Source of the DNA: the human T2T-CHM13v2.0 reference genome, Homo sapiens
Length of the DNA: 64,000 bases
Assembly: GCF_009914755.1 (NCBI RefSeq)
Contig: NC_060928.1
Direction: 5' to 3' (one strand)
In this document: positions 17,945 to 46,089 of the stretch, piece after piece
Layout: each line of letters begins with the position of its first letter
Position numbering within the stretch: position 1 is the first letter of the stretch
Translations under genes and position numbers: made by a program
Notes under the pieces: generated by a model
Database searches by the model: none
The model's input: the letters and a program-made list of their open reading frames with translations, nothing else
What the model was told of the DNA's origin: nothing

Positions 17945-18263
17945 AGGAAGGAAGGAAGGAAGGGAGGGAGGGGAATGGAATGGAAGGGAGGGGAGGGGAG
18001 GGGAGGGAAAAGAAGAGAGGGATGGAAGGAAGGAAAGAAGGGAGGAAGGAAGGAGGGAAGGAAGGAAGGAAGTGAGGGAGGGAGGGGAAGGGAAGGGAAC
18101 GGAAGGGAGGGGACGGGAGGGAAAAGAAAAGAAGAGAGGGAGGGAAGGAAGGAAAGAAGGAAGAAAGGAAGAGGGAGGAGGAAGGAAGGAAGGAAGGAAA
18201 AAAGAGGGAGGGAGGAAGAAGGAAGGAAAAAAACGAAGGAAGAAAGGAGAGAGAGAGGAGAGG
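17945..18263. repeat. Purine-rich (GGAA/GGGA)n tract derived from Alu tail
   Basis: About 320 nt almost pure A/G. Confidence 0.9.
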
Positions 18264-18545
18264 GCTGTGCCTGAACTTGCCTTGTTATCTTGAATAAGCT
18301 TTGTGCCCTCTGAGCTCTTTCCTCGTCTCTACTTTGAGATGGTTAGGCTGAGGAGAGTCAGGGTCCTCCCAGCTCTTAAGCTCTATGGTCTGAGCAAAGG
18401 CAGGGAAGTGGAGGCCTGGGGCATTGGGAGCACAAACACTTTGGGCTGGTGCGGGGTAGGCTACCCACAAGGATGCATGGGAAGTGGCTGGCAGGGGCAG
18501 GGGCATGTAATGTGCAGAGCTCTGAGTGCCAGGAGGAGGAGTTGA

Positions 18546-18812
<267 letters not shown>

Positions 18813-19481
18813 TAGAGCTATCATGGCTCTGCAAGGTCACCTGGTTTCTTATCTGGCACATGGGGAGAGTGAGGCCCAGGGAGAGTCAGTGATCAGTCAC
18901 TTGGCAAGCTGGAGGCGAGGTGGGCCTGGCCCCCAGCCCTGTGACCCCAGCGCATTCTGAATGGATCCCTCTCAGCCTGCCACCCCCAGCTGAGACTAAG
19001 GAACTAGTTAAAGTCCCCCTGACCCCCAGGTTGCCTGCCAGTCCTACTTCTTCCAGGGAAACCTCCTGGAGCCCCCAAACACCCAAATTCCCACTCATCC
19101 TCCAAGTTCAGGCAGCCTAACTCTTGGGAGTTTCCACTCACTCATTCAACAGCACGTCTCGTGCCAGGCTCCGGGGAATGAGCAATGACCAAGGTGGGCA
19201 AGGTCCTGGCTTTCTGAGCGCTTGGTCTAGAGCAGAAGCAATCAAGTCACCAGGCAGTAATGACAAGGACAAGAGGAATCCCCCTGCACAGCATGATGGG
19301 GGGCTCCCCGAGGAGGCGACACCTGCTGGGAACTGACTTGTCCTGTTGCCAGAGCCCCAGCTGCACCTCCTCTGCCCCCTCTACACCGTGAGCAGTGGAA
19401 AGGCAGGGTCAGACTGTGCCTCAGCCATCCTCAGGTCCCCAAGGCCTGGCACACCTGCAGAATTAAGAATACGAGGAAAAG

Positions 19482-20484
<1,003 letters not shown>

Positions 20485-21270
20485 TAATACTGATGCCTCA
20501 ATTCTAATCCCAGACAGATTGATTTAGTCAGCTTTGAGGCATAGCTGCAGAGCTGAGGTTCTACCAGCCAGGGTTTAGGAAGCACCTGTGTTAACCAGGT
20601 CCTCTCTCCAGGACCTTGAACTCAGTGCTTTCCTCTGAGCCTCGGTCTTCCCATCTGTAAAACGGGAGCAATGGCAATGAGCCTTTCTGAGTGGGAAGAT
20701 CAGGGATGGGACAGGAGATCACATACATCATGTGGCAAATGACAGCATTATATCAGTCAGGGTGGCTGGCGTATGCTGCAGTAACAAAGAGCCCCGAATG
20801 CCCACGGTCTTAACAGTATATATTCATTTCTCCCCCATGCTGTGCATCCAGTGGGGTTAGCAGGAAGGTTTTTCTTGCTGTGGCCACCACGCCCCCCGCT
20901 GATGGAGTTTGTATTGCAGCACGTGCTTCCTCACTCACCATGGCAAGAAAAAGCTTCTGCCGGGAAGTACTGCGTCACTTCAGCTCACTTTGCATTGGCC
21001 ACAGAGGCCACGCAGCCTCCCCTGACTTCAAAGGGGGCAGGGTAGGAGAGACTGGAGTATTTGAGGACATGCCCCAATATGCCCACAACAGTGGACGAGG
21101 ATGGAAACATTGCAGCTGGTGTCATGGTGGGCAGCCTTACAGTCGGCCAGACCTGGGTGGGAATCCTCCCTCTGCCGCGCACCAGCTGTATGCCTTGGGC
21201 ACGTGACTGCCCCTCTCTGAGCCTTGGTTTCCTTGTCGAGTGGGGGCCATGTCAGCTGTCTCACATGGAG

Positions 21271-21634
21271 TCTATTAGTCTGTTCTCATGCTGCTCATAA
21301 AGACATACCCGAGACTGGGTAGTTTATGAAGAAAAAAGGTTTAATGGACTCACAGTTCCACCTGGATAGGGAGGCCTCACAATCATGGCAGAAGGCAAAT
21401 GAGGAGCAAAGTCACGTCTTACATGGTGGCAGGCAAGAGAGCGTGTGCAGGGGAACTGCCCTTTACAAAATCATCAGGTCTCATGAGACTTATTCACTAT
21501 CACAAGAACAGCACAGGAAAGACTCACCCCCATGATTCAATTACCTCCCACCAGGTCCCTCCCACAACATGTGGACATTATGGGAGCTACAATTCACGAT
21601 GAGATTTGGTTGGGGACACAGCCAAACCATATCG
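21271..21634 (-). mobile_element. THE1-type MaLR solo LTR
   Basis: tattagtctgttctcatgctgct...aaagacatacccgagactggg...ggggacacagccaaaccatatc; 5-bp TSD tggag/aggag. Confidence 0.85.
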
Positions 21635-21747
21635 AGGAGGTTACGGATAGGAAATGGAGCTGAGTGTGTAAAGCAGCGGGTATAGACCAGGGGCATTGGG
21701 GTTGGTTGATGAGGGTCTTCACTGCCACCTTCCTTCTGTCCCCAAAG

Positions 21748-21860
21748 GCCATCGAGGGGAAGCCCAGGCTGACCTCCGCCGTGTCCTGCTGCGGCTCTAC
21801 CACCTGTATGAAGTGGGCGAGGACCCAGTCCTGTCTCAGCCAGTAACAGTGAATCTGGAG
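21748..21860 (+). CDS. MAN2B2: MAN2B2 coding exon (probably exon 17)
   Basis: gtccccaaag|GCCATC...GAG|gtgaac; [37 protein letters not shown]; LLRL-H-YEVGED motif shared with lysosomal alpha-mannosidases; 113 nt. Confidence 0.94.
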
Positions 21861-21911
21861 GTGAACTTCCCCACCCCCATCCAGACCATAAGCCAGGGAA
21901 GCAAACCCTAG

Positions 21912-22645
<734 letters not shown>

Positions 22646-24296
22646 TGTATTTTCTTTCTTATTTATTCTGTGGTAAAACTTTTAAAACACAGACAACATC
22701 TGTGTAATCCAAAAACAAAACAGATTCCCCATAGAGTTGCTTTGAAAGGTGACTTAGAGTCAGACAATCCAGGGTCCACACCCAGGCCCCTCTACGGGGG
22801 CATCTCCGGCACCCCATGCCTCTGGGCCTCAGTTTCCCCCCATGTAAAATGGGGAGAGGTGAGAGTTCTTTGCCCAGAAGGTTGCTGAGAGGCCCTGGCA
22901 CTAAGGGGCCTCGTGCAGTGTCAGGGCCCCCAGGCCTCGTCCCCTTCCAGGTTCCCCTCTTGGCTGATGTTGCCCTCTCAGCTCTACTATCAGGCGAGGC
23001 TTCCGCCACCTGGCCTGCCCACGCTCCCTCCCCAGAAGGCATGACCTGAGCCGCCTCATTTCTTTCCCAGTTTGCATTCTTTCTATTTCATTTCCTGCTC
23101 ATGGAGAATTTCTGTGAATCTCTGTGTTTCTGCCTTGGGCCTCCTTCGACATCTGAGTCTTCAGGGGAATCCAGAGAAGCCCCAGTACCTTTTCGCCATG
23201 ATGTCTTACTGGGCCACCCACCTCCTCTTTCATGATCCTCGCCAGGGAGGATCCTTTCCTCACGGTCCCTGGCCTGCCTGAGAGCAGGTCTAGGCCATGG
23301 CGGGTACCAGTGCCCAGCACAGGGCCAGCCTGCCCTGGGAAGCAAGGAGGCCGGCGTGGGACCTGGAAGTTGGTCATCTGATGCTCCCCCGTTTCACAGA
23401 TGGAAGCACCAAGGCCCTGAGACAAGGAGACGGTTGGGATGGACACCATGACTCCCTGCCCAACGTGGACGGTGGTGGGGTGGAAAGACCATTGAGTTAG
23501 GAACGCAGTGAGTTTGGCTGCAAGTCACAAAACACCTAACAGATGTGCTTAGAACAGAGGACAGAGTGTTTTCTCACCGAACAGGCATGTCCGATGGACC
23601 CCAAGCGCTGTCACCGTGGGCCCGATCACTGTCGTCTTCCCGCCATCGCCGGCAGACTGGCTTTTGTCTTTTGCCGTCTGCTTGTTTGCGGTCACAAGAT
23701 GGCACAGGCCTCCCTCATGAGCAAATTTCAAGGCAGGGTGGGGCTCGGCAGTAGTGGCCAGAAAGGCCTTGCCCTAGCGTGGCTCTCTCCCTCCGTCAGC
23801 ACACAGAAGCTTCTCCAAGAGCCACCCCCACCCCTCCTGCTCCACAGACTTTTCCAGACCCCTAAGGGCCTCCTGCCTCCCCTAGGTGTAAGGGAGGCTG
23901 GGACAAGGCCTATTGGGAAAGGGGGATGGGGTAACTGTGGCTGGCTTCCTCCCTGGACTGGGCACGGGGCCACCTGAGCAATGTGGGGAGAGGAGAACTC
24001 CGCGGTGGGGTGGGCAGCTCAAAATGCCACACCTCCCGGGCTGCTCCTCCAGCTCGGCCACCTGGTAAAGCATGCACCTCCCGCTTCAGTGTCCTCATCT
24101 GTAAAGTACACGGCCAGTCCTGTCCTCGCAGATGTGCTGTGAGAAGCAGATGAGGGAGCTGTGTCAGGCACCAGGGGAGGACCTGGGCTCCTGAGGACAC
24201 CGAGTTCGTGGTGTGTCTGCCCTGCTGCTGTCTTGGTTCTCTGCTCAGCTCTGGAACTTGGTGCAGCTCACTCTCCCTCTGCTCCTCTCCCTGCAG

Positions 24297-24414
24297 GCTG
24301 TGCTGCAGGCGCTGGGGTCCGTGGTGGCAGTGGAGGAGCGCTCGCTCACAGGGACCTGGGATTTGAGCATGCTGCACCGCTGGAGCTGGAGGACGGGGCC
24401 TGGCCGCCACAGAG
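24297..24414 (+). CDS. MAN2B2: MAN2B2 coding exon (probably exon 18)
   Basis: ccctgcag|GCTGTG...AGAG|gtttgg; [39 protein letters not shown]; 118 nt. Confidence 0.92.
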
Positions 24415-25361
24415 GTTTGGGGACCCCCGCTTCAGCTCCCTACCCAGGACTCCCAGCCAGGCTCAGCAGCTGGTCAGACCCGGTGCACATCCAACCATCT
24501 GCCTGTCCCGGCCTGTGCGACCTTGCGAGGCTGCTTTCCTACTCTGAACCCGCAGCCCTCCCAAATCTACCACAGTCGGTTAAGAAAGGCTTTGGGTTAG
24601 TCTCTGCCTGCCAGGGCTCCACACAGGCGTGTGTGTGCACTTGTACGTGTGCACACGCAGACCACACGCCCTGCCTGTGCCCTGGGTGACAGCTAGGGGC
24701 CCAGGGGCTTCTGCCCACCTTGGCCCTGCTGACCTCAGCCCATCAGCCGGTCCCTGCCTCATACGACATGTGCCACCGTGAGCTCCTGCACTACAGGCAG
24801 CTTCCAGGCTCCAGTCCCTGTCCGCACCATGCCCTCTGCCTGGGACGCACAGGTCCCATTCACTCTGGCCAGCACCTGCTCAAGCTCCCCAGGATGCCTC
24901 CCCAGAGTCACCAACCAGGCCAAGTGCCTCCTCCACTCTCCTGGCCCCAGCGGTTTCTTCTGTCCTGTGCAGCTCGTTGTCCACTACACACAGCATGGTG
25001 GCGGGTGCATGGTGCACGCTCAGTTGGTGGTGGGAGGAAGGAAGGGACGGAGGGAGGGAGGGAGGGAAGATGATGTTGGTTGGAAAGAAGGAAGGAAGAT
25101 GGATGAGTGATAGATAAGTGGACGGCTCCCTCCCAAGATCGAAGCCCAACCCCAGGGCATGCCTTCAGGGGAGCCTGGTGAGGCAAGGGCAGACTCACCA
25201 GATGGTCTCAGAAAGCTCTTGGGCTTTGAGGGCAACACCCATGAGGAATTGAGGCCACTAGGGCCAGGACCAACCTATGAATTGCCCTCGGGGTGGGCAG
25301 AAACGCCAAGAGGCCCACAGGAGTCCTGGCAGAAGGGGATGCCATAGGCCGTTGCCACGGT

Positions 25362-25655
<294 letters not shown>

Positions 25656-26269
25656 GCCCTGGGCAGATGCCCCGTCCCCAGGGCTTCCCCCAGGAACTCC
25701 ATGTAACAGAACAGACCCAGGACAGGGAAAAGCAGTGCGGAGGGATGGGACTGGGGAGTCAGCTGCTCATCTGCAGGCTAATGGCAGGAAATGGTCATAT
25801 TTGGGGTTTTTCCCTAATTTTTTTAAACAAAAATTACATTACAAGATCCAGGTTCTTCCCCCCCACACTCAATCAAGCCAGCCCTCTCCTCTTCTGTCAC
25901 GTAAAGGATATTTGGCACACTCATGCGTCATTCATTCACAAAACACAAACCCAGGACTTTCTGCCTAAGGCAGAACACAAGACTCACAGCAGCACCGAAG
26001 CGCATCTGCCGTCCGGGCCCTGCCAGGCTTGCCAGGCTGCCAGTGGTAACTGTGGACCTACTGCGTGCCACGTGTTTTCATAGACTCATCCCATGCTGGC
26101 AACAGCCCTGCAAGGGGCTTGGCTCTGCCACAGGGCAGGAGAGGAAGTTGTAGCGCCTAGCGAGAGTTCCAGCCCCAGACGCCCACCTGTGCCTCAGGGC
26201 ACCGCCTGCCGAGCAGAGAAGGCACAGCAGCCGTCAGAGTCCATGAGAGGTGAAACCACACAGCAGGGA

Positions 26270-27116
<847 letters not shown>

Positions 27117-27446
27117 TAAAGAGTAAACTGTAAGATGTAGGAAATTATTTGGTACTCTAGGGCTGAAGGAAAGTACCCAGAAAGGACCAGCTTGGAAGGA
27201 GTCAGACCTCTGGACAACGTGCAGTTTGGCCACCAGACAGCAAAGACAGTCTCTGGTTTGGCCAGGCAGGAGCTGGGCTGGAGTTGCTGACCAAGCAATA
27301 GGCCACCCCTGTGAGGTGGGGTCAGGTGAGCAGCCACCAGAGGCATGGATGTGCAGTGGGAGGTTGAGGCACAAGGAGTGAGGCAGGAGCCCTTTAGAGC
27401 ATGTGGGCTGCATGGGGCTTGGTTTCTGTGTCAAGAAGACTATGGA

Positions 27447-28035
27447 GGCTGGGCAGTGGTTCATGCCTTAATCCCAGCACTTTGGGAGGCCAAAGCAACC
27501 GGATCACTGGTGGTCAGTAGTTCAAGACCAGGCTGGCCAACATGGTGAAACCCCATCTCTACTAAAAATACAAAGTTAACCGGGTGTGGTGGTGTGCGCC
27601 TGTAGTCCCAGCTACTCGGGAGGCTGAGGCAGGAGAATCAATCACTTGAACCTGGGAGGCGGAGGAGACCTCCGCCTCTGCACTCCAGCCTGGGTGACAA
27701 GAGTGAGACTCCGTCTCAAAACAAAAAAAAAAGGAAGACTACGGAGGCCAGGCGTGGTGGTTCATGCCTGAAATTCCAACACGCTGGGAGCCCTAGGCAG
27801 AAGGATCGCTTGAGCCCAGGTGTTCCAGACCAGCCTCGGCAATATAGTGAGACCCCATCTCTACAAAAACTATTCTTTAGACGAGCGTGGTGGTGTGCAC
27901 CAGTGGTCCCAGCTACTCTGGGGGCTGAGGTGGGAGGCTCACTTGAGCCCAGGAGGTCGAGGCTTCAGTGAGCCATGATCATGCCACTAACTCCAACCGG
28001 GGTAATAGAGCAAGACCCTGTCTCAGAAAAAAATA
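27447..28035 (+). mobile_element. Tandem AluS (27447-27731) + AluJ (27746-28035)
   Basis: Two Alus separated and flanked by three copies of a(a/g)gaagacta(t/c)gga. Confidence 0.88.
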
Positions 28036-28299
28036 AAGAAGACTATGGAAATGTTATCCCCAGCGCAGCCAGGCTGTAGAAAAATCATGTGCACTGAAAG
28101 TACCATCACCCATGCTGACCATCCCCGTCCAGAACAGAAACAGCAAGAGAGCCACTTCCCCCTGCGGTCCCTCCAGCACCCAGCACCCTCAACTGGGAAG
28201 AGTGAGAAGAATATAGATGACAGGGGAAAACCCACCCACAATAGACAGAATATTGGCTAAAATCTAACATCCATTTGTTGCTTTGTTGTTATTTCATTT

Positions 28300-30853
<2,554 letters not shown>

Positions 30854-30908
30854 AAACAAAGACCTCAGAAGCTGGACCGCGCACACGGAAGCTGATAGAA
30901 GAGAGATG

Positions 30909-31204
<296 letters not shown>

Positions 31205-31608
31205 GAGCGAGATGGGGTGCCACATGGTGAGGAAGAATGTTGCATGGCAGAGGTGCTGTGACAACTCCCCCTCACTCGGAACAAAAAGAAACTTCACCCT
31301 CCCTCGCATCGTATGCAGACAGCCCCCAGCTGAAACCCCAGCGGTCAATACAGGCGTGAAAAGATGGTCAGCCTCCTTAGCATTCAGGTCTGTGCAAATG
31401 AAAACCACAATAAGACACTGTTTCACATCTGCCGTGTTTTCTATTTAAAAGATTAAAAATATGGGCAATTTTTTAGTGGACAATCATGGAAACTCTCTCA
31501 GACTTCTAATGTGAGAGTAAACAGAAGGAGCAAACTTAAGAAACTAGTTCCATGTTATCTTCTAAAGTTAAAGATACTCATGCTCTAGACCCAGCAATTC
31601 TGTTCTAG

Positions 31609-32325
<717 letters not shown>

Positions 32326-32415
32326 TCATGATAGCTGTAAATGAAAACCATTCATAGGCCCCTTACCAGTGCTTGGATAGAGGCTGGTTTATTTGTACAA
32401 GAGAATACTACAGAA

Positions 32416-32603
32416 CAGCAGGTCTCAAAGTGCGGTCCCCACACCAGTAGTGCCAGCATCACCTGGGGAGTTGTTAGAAACACAAAGTCTCAGGCCTTAT
32501 CCCAGATCAAATAAATCAGAAACTGTAGGGATGGGCCCTGGAACATGTGTTTTAACAAATTTCCTGGGTTTTTCTGATGCACACTCAATTTTAACACTCA
32601 CTG
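32416..32603. mobile_element. MER5A-like hAT-Charlie DNA transposon fossil
   Basis: cagcaggtctcaaagtgcggtcc...cagcatcacctggggagttgttagaaa...ttctgatgcacactcaa...cactg. Confidence 0.75.
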
Positions 32604-32661
32604 CCATAGAGCAATCAAAATGAGTGAACTATCCTTACCTGCATCAATACAGGTGAATCTC

Positions 32662-32733
32662 AGATAGAGAGACAGAGGTGATAGATGATAGATAGATAGA
32701 TGATAGATAGATGTTAGATAGATGATAGATAGA
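32662..32733. repeat. (GATA)n degenerate microsatellite
   Basis: Direct reading. Confidence 0.85.
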
Positions 32734-32881
32734 CTATATTGAGCAGAAGCAGCAATATACAAATGAATAACTATGATTCCATTTACATAAAGTTCAAAAG
32801 TGGGAAAGACTATACCGTATTCTTTATGATTGCATTCCTAGTGGATAAAACAACAAAGAAAGTGAAGAAATGACTGGCCAA

Positions 32882-33308
<427 letters not shown>

Positions 33309-34108
33309 TCACAAGAGGGGTTACCTCCAGTGGGGCGAGGGAGATCTGAGTTAAGAAGGAACACACCTGGATTTCTAGGTGTGGCATGGTTTTATTTCCA
33401 GACTTAGTTGATTGTTAACAGTGAGTTTCTTTCATAGATGAAACTATATTGTATACACATATATATATATAAAATGTTTCTACTCAATTCTCTTATATAT
33501 GATATACATGGTAAATGCACATGTATATAAGAGAATATAAACAATGTTATATATATGTTATTGTCACCAAAAAATATTAAAAAATTTAAAAGAAAAATGC
33601 AAAAATGTGAAATATATAAATGGAAAAAGATAAAACAAGTCCAAATTCACATCTTGTATCTAACAGCTCTTTTTATATAATCCAGACTGTACTTAGCTCA
33701 AACTGGCTTAAACAATACAAGGATGTTTTTGGTTGTGGCAGGGCTAGTTAGCTTTCTGCTGGCATCCATTCTTCCCCTCCATGATATAAATGACAGTTTT
33801 AGCTGAGAAGTGGCTTCCCAGACAGGGTCCACATTCCCCAGCTTTCCTTACATCCAAAGGAAGCATATGAATCCTTCTCACTAAGGTAATGAAAGAGAAT
33901 GCCTCTGACCATTCCAACACCCCAGCTAAGACCCCAGACATGTGAGTGAGACCTTTTTGGGTTTTTCAGCCATTCCAGGTAGCAGCTCAACCCAGCAGAG
34001 TGAGTGACTCTAGGTGATAAACTATACATGAAGCAGAAGAACCAACCAGCTGAGGCCTGCCCGAACTCCTAACCCACAGAATTGTGACAAATGATTGTTA
34101 TGGTGCTA

Positions 34109-34940
<832 letters not shown>

Positions 34941-35469
34941 ATGATTGGATTTTATTAAATATTTGTTCCCTTTTCTATTTATAGTGCATTTTACTTCATT
35001 GTTTTCTCTCCTCATTTTCCCTTTTCTTTTCAATTTTCCAGAGTCCTATTTTATTCTCTTTTTTCTCCTCATTACTTTGAAAGTTCTACTAGTCTTTTCA
35101 ATTTTTTTAGTAGTTTTGTTCTGGATTGTTTTAGGCATAATAATTACAAATAAGCCTCTATTTCCTTTCTGGAATAACAAAATAAAATAATCATCATCCT
35201 TCACCACCACAAAGATGGCTTTGTTGCCCACTCTCCTTCCTCTTTCTCCCATAGCAAGATAAAATCTTTGGACCATGTGTACATTCCCATTCTTCCCATC
35301 CATTTATAACTTCAGGCTTTGGTTTTGTCAAGCTATTCAAGTCTCTGGAGAAGCAGCAAACAGAAAGTGGAGGAAGCATGGCAGTTTAGACACTTCAGGC
35401 CCACAGCAAGCAAAGGGCAAAGGAGAGGAAGCCAGTCTGCTTATGACTTCCCTAGGGACGGACACCAGC

Positions 35470-36680
35470 TATTAGGCTCTTCAGGCTGATATAACAAATT
35501 ACGCCAGACTGGATGGCTTAGACAACAAACATTTATTTCTCATAGTTCTTGAGCCCAGAAAGTCCAAGGGTAAGATGCTACCAGATCTGGAGGCTGGTGA
35601 GGACTGTCTTCCTGGTTTGCAAATGGCCATCTTTAAACTGAGTGGTTAATTTGATGAGATCTGCTTACCCTGCTTGCTTTGGGTCACTTGCTTTTTGTTA
35701 TTTTTTCTTCCTTTTTCCATGAAGCTGAAGGCCACAGTAGCTGAAGTATGCATCACTGAATTCTAAAACTTAAACCTTTACTGACTACTGTATTTTTTAT
35801 TTTACTTTTTAAGAAACAGGATCTCACTCTGTTGCCTAGGCTGGAGTGCAGTGGTATGTTCATAGCTCACTGAAGCCTCAAACTTCTGAGCTCAAGCAAA
35901 CCTCCCACCTTGGTCCCCCAAAGTGCTGGGGTTACAGGCATGAGCCACTGCACCTGACCTTTACTGGCTACTTTATAGATAGCATTTATAGGTCACCATG
36001 GTAATGGTTACTTCAGTTATTTTTCAGGAACTTGGGCCAGCTCCTGTCATGTTCAAACCAGCTGAGACCACCAACTCTTCAACTGGGCCTGCGCAAGTGC
36101 CTGAGAGGTGGCCTTTGGACATCAGAGGGCCAAATACTCCACCCTCAGATCATGCTAACACCACCATTTTCTGTACATAGGTCCTATGAAATGTCATGAA
36201 CCCTGACTACACTTGTGCAAAATGAATCTGTTACTTTATTTTTCCCCACTGCCAATCACCTTTCCCCAAGACTTAAACCACCCCACTTCTCTAACCCATA
36301 AATATCCCTAAGCCTTATTTTCAGAGAAGTGGATTTGAGAGCTGTTTTCCCACATCTTCACCTGGTGCCCTTGAGAATAAGTATCTTTTCTTTTGCAGAA
36401 CCCATGTCATAGTGATTGATTTACTGCACATGGGCAGAACGGACCTGGACCTGGCCAGTAACAGTCTTCTTGTCGTAGCCTCACATGGCAGAAAGTAGAG
36501 AGTAAGACCTCTTGCATCTTTTCTTACAAGGCACTAATCCTGTGATAGGTACCCCACCCTCATGACCAAATCTAACCCTAATCACCACCCAAAGGCCTCA
36601 TCTCCAAATACCATCTCATTAGTGGTTAGGATCTCAACATAAGAACTTGCAGGGGACACAAACATTCGGTCCATAGCACC
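35470..36680. mobile_element. MLT1A-type LTR interrupted by an ERV1-type LTR (about 35633-36462, MER39-like) carrying an Alu monomer
   Basis: MLT1A text stops at aatggccatctt and resumes ttcttgtcgtagcctcacatggcaga; insert ends ggacctggacctggccagtaaca. Confidence 0.6.
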
Positions 36681-36761
36681 AGGCTTCTCCCCATCTCAGG
36701 CGGTGGCACAGCTCAGCCTCTGCATCTGCTCCCAGGACCAGCAATGTTGAACAGGTGCCCC

Positions 36762-37518
<757 letters not shown>

Positions 37519-38199
37519 TAGGACTACACATGTGCAGGCAGCTCTAATCCTTCCCTGGAGGCCGCCCAGGTGTCCAGGGGCTGTGCTGCCTCTGGGAATC
37601 ATTAAAGGTCGCTCTGTGCCCAAAGCCTCTCACACTGGGCCCTCAGCATCACGTCCTCTCCCAAGAGGGAACAAAACAATCCCTTCTCTGCTCTACTCTG
37701 CAGAATTTACAGCTGAGCCATAGGACTGGGAGTTCCAATTCTTCCCCCATGTCGCCCTGCCTTTCATCACTTGGTCCAGGACAAACTGTTCTCCAATTTC
37801 CAGCCTGGGGAAAAGCAAGTTCTGCCTCATGGCAGCATTTACCAGCTGAAACGCCCTGGTTTTGTTTGCACCTGTGTTTGTTCTCAGGCTACAGCTAATG
37901 ATGCCCTGGGGCTGCCCACAGTCAAACTGGTTTGCAAAATTGCATCTTTGACTTCAACAATTTCTAAAGAATCTCTAAATTTATAAATAATTCACTCAAG
38001 AGAAAGAAAAATGAATCCAGACAAACTCTGCAATGCACCAAAGAAATGGAATCTACATAGAGATTGCACTATAGGTGAATGAGGCAAAAACAGGAAGCTA
38101 TTGCAACATTGGGGGAGGCGGGAGTTGGTGGATGTGCATAAAGTCCTGGTCCCAGCCTTACAGAATGCTCACTCTTCTCAAGCACACACACAGAGTGTG

Positions 38200-40320
<2,121 letters not shown>

Positions 40321-40346
40321 TTTTTATTCATATAAAAAATGTATGA

Positions 40347-43257
<2,911 letters not shown>

Positions 43258-43800
43258 CAAGCCCCAAAGTTGGGTTTTTACAAGAGCAACCAAAATATTA
43301 AGAACCTGAGAAAAGTCAAAACAAAACATATACTTACGTTTCTCTGAATCCTTAATTCTGCTGTAGTCAAAACTGTGATGTGTCCCTTTACCTTGAAAAT
43401 GGAAGCCAAATCCATGGGATTTATGTAAGCTGGATTTCTGAAAAGTTTATTGATGTTTGGGAATGGGACAACAAGCTAGGAAATTAACGTATCTCTCCTC
43501 ATTCTGTGTTGAGTGGATGTTAAGGCAAATTTACCAATATGCGCCAAGCTCTGCCCAGGGCGTTAGGGCATTAAGGCCACAGAGCTAAGACCCCAAAGAG
43601 CCTAGGATCCAGTGGAAGGGCTCAGAGGCTCTGGACAGCGCCTTGCACCACACACTGAACATGGGTCTGCTGGGGCCTCAGGACGGAGCAGCCAGGCTCC
43701 ACCTTGGGGTGTGGGGAGGCCGGTTTGGTGAAAAGACACCCAGACCCTTCTGACTGTCATCCAAGGAAGAAGGAAAACTACTCTTTAAAAAGGCAGAAAG

Positions 43801-44390
<590 letters not shown>

Positions 44391-44409
44391 CTAGTGTGGA
44401 AGGCCCTTT

Positions 44410-44716
44410 TTAATTTTCATTTATATTTTATTTATTTATTTTGCGACGGAGTCTCACTCTGATGCACAGGCTGGAGAGCAGTGGCGCGATATGGGCTCAC
44501 TGCAACCTCCGCCTCCCGTTTTCAAACGATTGTCTCAGCCTCCCAAGCAGCTGGGGTTACACGCGTGCAACACGACGCCCGGCTAATTTTTGTATTTTTG
44601 GTAGAGACGGGGTCTCGCCATGTCGGCCAGGCTGGTCTCGAATTCCTGACCTCAAGCCATCCACCCACCTCGCCTCCCAACGTGCTGAGATTACAGGCGT
44701 GAGCCACCGCGCCTGG
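44410..44716 (-). mobile_element. CpG-rich Alu at the edge of the MRFAP1 island
   Basis: Antisense Alu, diverged at non-CpG sites yet CpG-rich. Confidence 0.8.
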
Positions 44717-45068
44717 GAAGTGCGGGAGGCCTTTTTAAAAAATGTAAACTCGCGTGCTCAAGAAGCCCTATCGGAGGGAAACACCCAGAAGAGGCCACCC
44801 TCCAAACACAGGGTAAAACAGGGGTGACGCACAGAGGTAACGGGAAAGCAGGAACGAGCGAGAGCGTGCGGTCCCGTACCTGCGCGTGCCTGCGTGCGCG
44901 TCCGTGCGGCCGCGACGCCGCCGCCGGTGCCTCTCTTTCTAGACGTGCGCGCGCCCGCAGCTCGCCCCCCTGACCGTAAAGAGGCCCGGCTGTGTCGTGA
45001 AAGGGGCCGCAACGCGCAGAGCGCTGGTTGACGGCCGGGACTCCATTTTGTTCGCCGTTACTCTGCGC

Positions 45069-45606
<538 letters not shown>

Positions 45607-45618
45607 GCGCGGTCGGCG

Positions 45619-46089
45619 GTAAGTCGGGCACCCGCGCCAGGCCGAGGAGCGGCCCCAGCTTGGCCGCTCTTCGAGAGCGATGATTTCATCGAGATGCACC
45701 GGAATCGGGGGTGGGGCGGGAGAATAAAGGCGTGCTCGGGTCAGGGCCGATCTGGGCCCCGTCTTCGTGTTTTGTTTTTTGACGGTGGCGGCGTGGGATA
45801 ATCAGAGTGGCCGGGTTTGGGCGTGATGCGTGTTCAGTGGAAGGGTCATAAATCTCAGAGTCGCCAAGGAAACAGAAACGGACAAGGTCCCGGGCCGTCC
45901 AGCAAGCGGGGGTGGAAATAGAGGATTTTCGGGGAAGACGTTGGACAAGTCAACGTTGCTAGAGACTGGAGTGAGTCAGGTGGTGGCCAGAAGAGGTGGC
46001 GTCCTGCACAGTGGCGTTCGTGAGGGTTTGGGGGTCGTTGTGCCTGGGATTAACCTCTCGATGATGAATTTCTTCCCATTGTGCTTTAG
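45619..46089 (+). other. MRFAP1: MRFAP1 3'UTR intron
   Basis: ggcg|GTAAGT 12 nt after TGA; acceptor tcttcccattgtgctttAG| at 46089 (alternative tttccAG at 46097). Confidence 0.75.
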
